64,000 bases of DNA from the human T2T-CHM13v2.0 reference genome, Homo sapiens. The stretch is from assembly GCF_009914755.1 (NCBI RefSeq), contig NC_060925.1; one strand, given 5' to 3'. A program made the translations under genes and the position numbers. Shown in pieces: positions 58,860 to 64,000 of this stretch. The notes under the pieces are model-generated. The model worked only from the letters and a program-made list of their open reading frames with translations. It searched no databases and was not told where the DNA came from. Positions within the stretch are counted from its first letter, which is position 1, and the number at the start of each line of letters is the position of its first letter.

Positions 58860-59090
58860 TGGCCAGTATATTAATATCATGGGATTGAGAGTCAGGCAGA
58901 CCTGAGCTGGAACTCCAGAGCCACGTGGCCTCGAGCAAGTTCATGAACAGGTCCACATTGTGGTTTCCTTGTCTGTGATAACAGTACTTACCTCACAGGG
59001 TTATGGAAAGGATTACAAAAAAATAATACTTGTAACACGGTTAGTGCAGGTCTGAACACCTAGCAAATGTTCAGTAGATGTTATTATTAT
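58860..59090 (+). mobile_element. MIR
   Basis: gagtcaggcagacctgag...gtacttacctcacagggtt...cttgtaacacggttag. Confidence 0.7.
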
Positions 59091-59939
59091 TATTAATATA
59101 TGAATACACTATCTTTACACAACTTGCTAAGACATTCTGCCCAAACATAGACCATGGGAATTAGCCAGGCAAGCCAGATTCCTTCTCTCAGAAATGTGAG
59201 GGGGTCTCCAGAGGTAAGCAGCTGCTGTCACCAGAGGGACAAGGGGAAAGTCAACAGAGAGAAGTGGACTCATGCATGGAGAAGGGAAGGGGGAAGTCTC
59301 ACCTCCTGGACTTCTCCAGGGATCCTTCCCCTACATGATCCATCCCCACAGTGATGCCCATTCCTGTGCCAGCCAGTTTCTGTTCCCTGGGATCTAAAGT
59401 GCCCAATGCAACAACATACGATGACTTTCTCCTAGCAAATCTGTGTTTTGCTGCTCATGATAAAAATTAAGTATATTATCATTTCATGAGATTCCCAAAT
59501 ACCAGACATTCCTCCCCAGAGAGATCACTGCTTCCAAGGGCTCTGTTTCCTGAACTACAGAGTGTTACATAAAACTCCTCTTCTGCATAGGCCCTATTAA
59601 TTTTCCTGCATGTCAGATTGTCAAAATCATTAAACATAATTTGCTTAAAAACCTTCCTGCACTTTAACAGTAACTTTGAAGGTACCTTTTATACCTTGGA
59701 CCCCCACAGCACCTATCAAAAGTACAGAGTAAACGTTTAGTGACTGATGGAGGATAAATATTTAAAGGATAAGTGCTTGAGGCTCCTATTCCCCGAAACA
59801 TACCATATACAAAGGGAAGACTTCAGGACAGAGCCAAAAAGTCAGGCACTGTGCCTGGTATGTAAAACTATGTCACCAAGCTTAGTCCCCATCTTAGAGA
59901 TGAGGTAATAGTCACAGAGACTTTAAGTAACTTGCCAAG

Positions 59940-61895
59940 GCTACAGAACTGAACCTTCCTAAAGGAGACTTAACTGAGCCCTCAAAACCACCCTGAAATC
60001 CTTTTGTCTATCTCAGTTCTCTCCCATTTGTTAGACTAACCATTTTGATCTTCTCCATTCTCCTCCAGCTTCCAATACCACTTCCTCCCTCATTCTCAGA
60101 TCACATCCTTTCTCAGGAGCTCAAGGAAGAGTAGAGAGGCCACCAGGCAGAATATCTTGGTATTCTGCCCACCTCCTGCAAAATTATCCATAGCTACTCA
60201 CATATTTTTTCTTCCCAAACAGGTATAAGAAGAGTTCTTCTTGTAATCAAAGGCTAATCCTTTTAACAGTCTCTGGATAGAACCTGTCTCCCCCAGCCCC
60301 TTTCCATCTCCCACTCCCTTTCCCTACACACAAACTCCCTTGAAACACCTACCGGGTTAATCAACCTCTCTTACCTATGTTTTCAACTTCTTTATTTGTA
60401 TTGACATGCTTCCTTCAGCAACAGGCACATTAAAGTCAAATCAAAATCCTCCCTCCAGGCCAGGCACGGTGGCTCACTCCTGCAATCCCAGCATTTCGGG
60501 AGGCTGAGGCAGGAGGACCACTTGAGGTCAGGAGTTTGAAACCAGCCTGGCCAATACGGTGAAACCTCACCTCTACTAAAAATACAAAAATTAGCTGGGT
60601 GTTGTGGTGCACTCCTGTAATCCTAACTACTCAGGAGGTTGAGGCAGAAGAATCACTTGAACCTAGGAGGCAGAGGTTGCAGTGAGATGAGATTGCACCA
60701 CTTTACTCCAGCCTGGGTGATAAAGTGAGACTCCATCTCAAAAACAAACAAACATACAAACAGAAAAAAAACAAAAAAACAAAAAAACAAATCCCCTCCA
60801 CCCAACATCTTTCTTATCTATCACCCTCTCCCTCTTCTAGTTTCCTTCTCTTCACTGTCAAACTCCCTAAAAATGTGTCTCTACTGTCCAAGTTTCTTCA
60901 CCTCCCATTCACTTTAAGCTCATTTCAGCATGGTTTCTCATTTCATTACTTCACAGAAGCATTTATACTAAGCTTACCTATCTCTGGGTTGAGAAATCCT
61001 AAAAGATATTCTTATTATATTCACTACCCAGTAGTACTGACCCCCATGAAACCGTTTCCTTCCACTGACTCCTATGCCATCCCTCTCTCTGGATTTTCTC
61101 CCATCCCTCGAGCTATTTCTTCTCAGTGTCCTTTGCAAGTTTCTTCTTTTACTTCTCCCTTTGGACTTATTCCTAGAATTCTTCTCATTTATAAGCTCTT
61201 CTTGAGTGATCCTGCCCATTCCAATGGCTCAACTCAGCAACAACCTCTCTATCAAAGATCTCTCTCTTAATGGCTAGCTGATATACCCAATTGCTTACTG
61301 GACAGCTCCCTGTACATGTCCCACACATCTCAAACTCAGCATGCACAAAATGGAACCTGATATTGTATTCTCTTTGAATGCAGTCACTCAAGTTAGAAAT
61401 TAGAATATCATTCTTGACTCTTCTCTTTCTCACCTCCATATCCAGTCAGTCAGTGAGTTCTGTTGATTCTACTTCCAAAATATTTCTCAGTTCATTCCCT
61501 TCTCCATTCCTTAAAGACATCACCTTATACTGGTGTTCATCATTTCTTACCTCAATTATTTAAATATTCTCCCTGCCTCTAGTCTACCTCACTCTCCCCC
61601 AACAATGTCTCCACTCTTTTTTCAGGTTGATATTCCTTAAATGTGAATGTACTCATTTCACTTCCCTATATAAGATGCTACAATAGCCCCTACCATATTC
61701 AGAATAAAATCCAGACTCCTATTACATTTGGCCCCTGTTTATCTGTCCAGCTCTTTCATCATTATCTTTCCGGAAACACACTCCACCAGTCTTGAGGCAC
61801 AGTGAACCACCTTCAGTCTCTTCAGTGAGTGATGCCTTCTTGTGCCTACATTTCTGTCCACATGCTGCTCCTTCTGTTTCCAATCCTTATCTTCC
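59940..61895 (+). mobile_element. Long L2 remnant interrupted by an Alu
   Basis: catctcaaactcagcatgcacaaaatggaac; ataaaatccagactcct. Confidence 0.65.
60458..60790 (+). mobile_element. AluSx/Sz-like element with A/C-rich tail
   Basis: Dimer; TSD-like aaatcc(t)ccctcca. Confidence 0.9.
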
Positions 61896-61897
61896 CC

Positions 61898-62185
61898 TTT
61901 ATTTATTTATTTATTTTTTTTTTGAGACAAGGTCTCATTCTATCACCCAGGCTAGATTGCAATGGTGTGATCCCAGCTCACTGCAACCTCTGCCTCTCGA
62001 GCTCAAGTGATCCTCCCACCTCAGCATCCTGAGTACAGGCACACACCCCCACGCCCAACTAATTTTTATATTTTTTGTAGAAATGGGGTTTTGCCACGTT
62101 GCCCAGGCTGGTCTTGAACTCCTGGGCTCAAGCAAACTACCTCCTAAAGTGCTGGGATTAGAGGCGTGAGCCACCACGCCCGGCT
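61898..62185 (-). mobile_element. AluJ element
   Basis: Dimer with (ttta)n tail; TSD tcccctt. Confidence 0.88.
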
Positions 62186-64000
62186 CCCCTTCATCTTAAT
62201 GGCTTGAGATTGAGGCAAGCTTGAGCTCTAATTCCAGTCTGTCAGTTCTGTCTTTTCATTTACTTAATAAGGGTTTCCTGGCACTGGGCAAGGTGCTAAG
62301 AATACAAGTAGCTACTGCCTAAGGAAGCTCACAGTCTCACAAAGCAGATAAGTACAGAGAACGTCAGAATTCAATGTGAAAGTGCTGTAACAAAAGGAAA
62401 CTAGAACAGAAGGCTTCCCAGAGGAACTAACTCCTGAGTAAGTACTAAAGGGCATTTCCCACCATATGACATATAGAAAGAGGAAGGGTGTCTGTCTGTG
62501 TTGCTGGAGCAGGGTCAGGAGACAGGGAGTAGCAGAAAGATGACCATGCATGGTGGCCATATTGAGTGGGAGGCACTCCTGGGTCATGCAAGCAGAGATG
62601 CTGAAACACACAGTACACAGGTAGACCTACAGTGTTGAGATAAAGAGGAAGATGTTGGAGTGGAAAGCAGTCAGTACAGAGATGGCAGCTGAAACCACAA
62701 GAACACTACCCCACACTATTACACTGTCAATGATACAATGACACTACTATGGTAATGACAACCCACAGAGAACACAGGTTTACCCCATACTGATGATGTG
62801 TTTGACAGAGCTACATACCAGGTTGAAAAGATCTTTTTCTTAGTTTCCTAAAGTACTAGCTATTCAAGGAACAAAATCTATCTGAATCTAAAAGTGACCT
62901 AGTTACATACTCTGGGAAATTTGAGAATATATACAGCCTATTTACCCCGAAGTAATTTACAATCCACTGGGAAAACAATGGGTTTTCCATCATCCAATGA
63001 AAAATGGGATATTCTGCAATTCAGCACTCGAGGGAGGCTGGACAGGGGAGGAACTGGCTTTGATTGAGATGCTTAGTATATGCTTGTCACAGGAAGGTGG
63101 CTTTTAGAGAGCCCCGAGGGATGAATGGACCTTCAGCAGGAGGAGAGAAAACAGCACCATAGGTCCAGAGCCCATAAGAACACTACACCACACTGTGTAG
63201 ACAGCTTTCTCTTCATGTCTAAGAAAGTTAGTGTGCAGAAATCACAATACTATAAAGAGGTCTCAGGAAGGAGCTTGGGTGGACAGAAGCAGAGGATGCC
63301 TGTTGGTGGTATCCAAGGTAAGAATCTGACAAATGGCATAAAGCAAAATGTGCATATTTGCTTGCAATACCCATGGACTTTTTCAAAAATACCAAACTTC
63401 TTGCATACTGAAATAACTGCATTGAGTATTTATTTATTTTAGGCTGTGGCTTTCCTATCATAAAATCCAAGTATGTGGTCAGAATAACCTAAGGGTATCT
63501 CAAACATTAGCCCTTAATAATCATGATTTGAATCTTCAAACCTTCATATAAGGAAAATAGCCTTCCCAAGGATAGGTTCTAATTAAAATCCTGGAGACTA
63601 GATTTTCTTTAATTTTTTTTTTTTTTTTGCTTCTCTATTTCCTAGGCAAAGAAAAGGATACCACTGGACTTCGTAAACTTCTCAAGAGTATTCTCTTGCT
63701 CAAGAACAAAACACTCTCCAGAATAATCTAAAATCTACATGGAATAATACAAAAACTATGGGGGGGGAGTTGAATTTCAAGGCCCTTACAGTCCTTGATA
63801 AACAATGATGGAATAAATAATGGAAAACATAATCTGTGGCTGCTCAACTAGACAGTTCTGCTAATGACCATAAAGAGAACCCAAACTCTAAAACTTACCT
63901 CTGTATTTCCCCTTTACATTGAGTTAGGCTGAAGCAATAGCTCAAATAATCCAAGTTAACAAAAGCCGACAGAGAAGTGATTCAGAGGTAAATGCATTTG

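Noticed and set aside
60458-60790. Exonisation of the antisense Alu in intron 6
   Set aside because: The usual right-arm donor position reads CAG|GAGTGC on the gene strand, with no GT or GC donor.
60725-61270. 181-aa ORF
   Set aside because: Alu tail plus pyrimidine-rich L2 remnant; no recognisable domain.

Overview
This is primate, almost certainly human, genomic DNA. The only protein-coding content I can support is the 3' part of SLC25A24 (mitochondrial ATP-Mg/Pi carrier APC1/SCaMC-1) on the minus strand. It comprises four intact coding exons (57818-57925, 53082-53249, 48598-48748, 46191-46375; exons 7-10 by my recollection of the gene) with canonical GT-AG junctions, plus an AU-rich 3' UTR of about 2-2.6 kb with two AATAAA signals. 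The 5' exons lie beyond the right edge. Positions 1-43.5 kb are intergenic and dominated by interspersed repeats (Alu, L1, L2, MIR, MaLR/ERV LTRs, DNA transposons), with a CpG-enriched patch carrying CTCF-like motifs at about 31 kb and 34-35 kb. I found no new gene system. The most unusual structures are: a 96%-identical 125-bp duplication, one copy lying in the long 3' UTR beside a hairpin; a full-length THE1 provirus whose two LTRs look like different subfamilies despite a single TSD; two locally templated hairpins at an L1 5' junction; a TSD-flanked trimeric Alu; and a coding exon squeezed between two LTRs. Repeat subfamily names come from my memory of consensus sequences and need RepeatMasker/Dfam confirmation; old-repeat boundaries are approximate.
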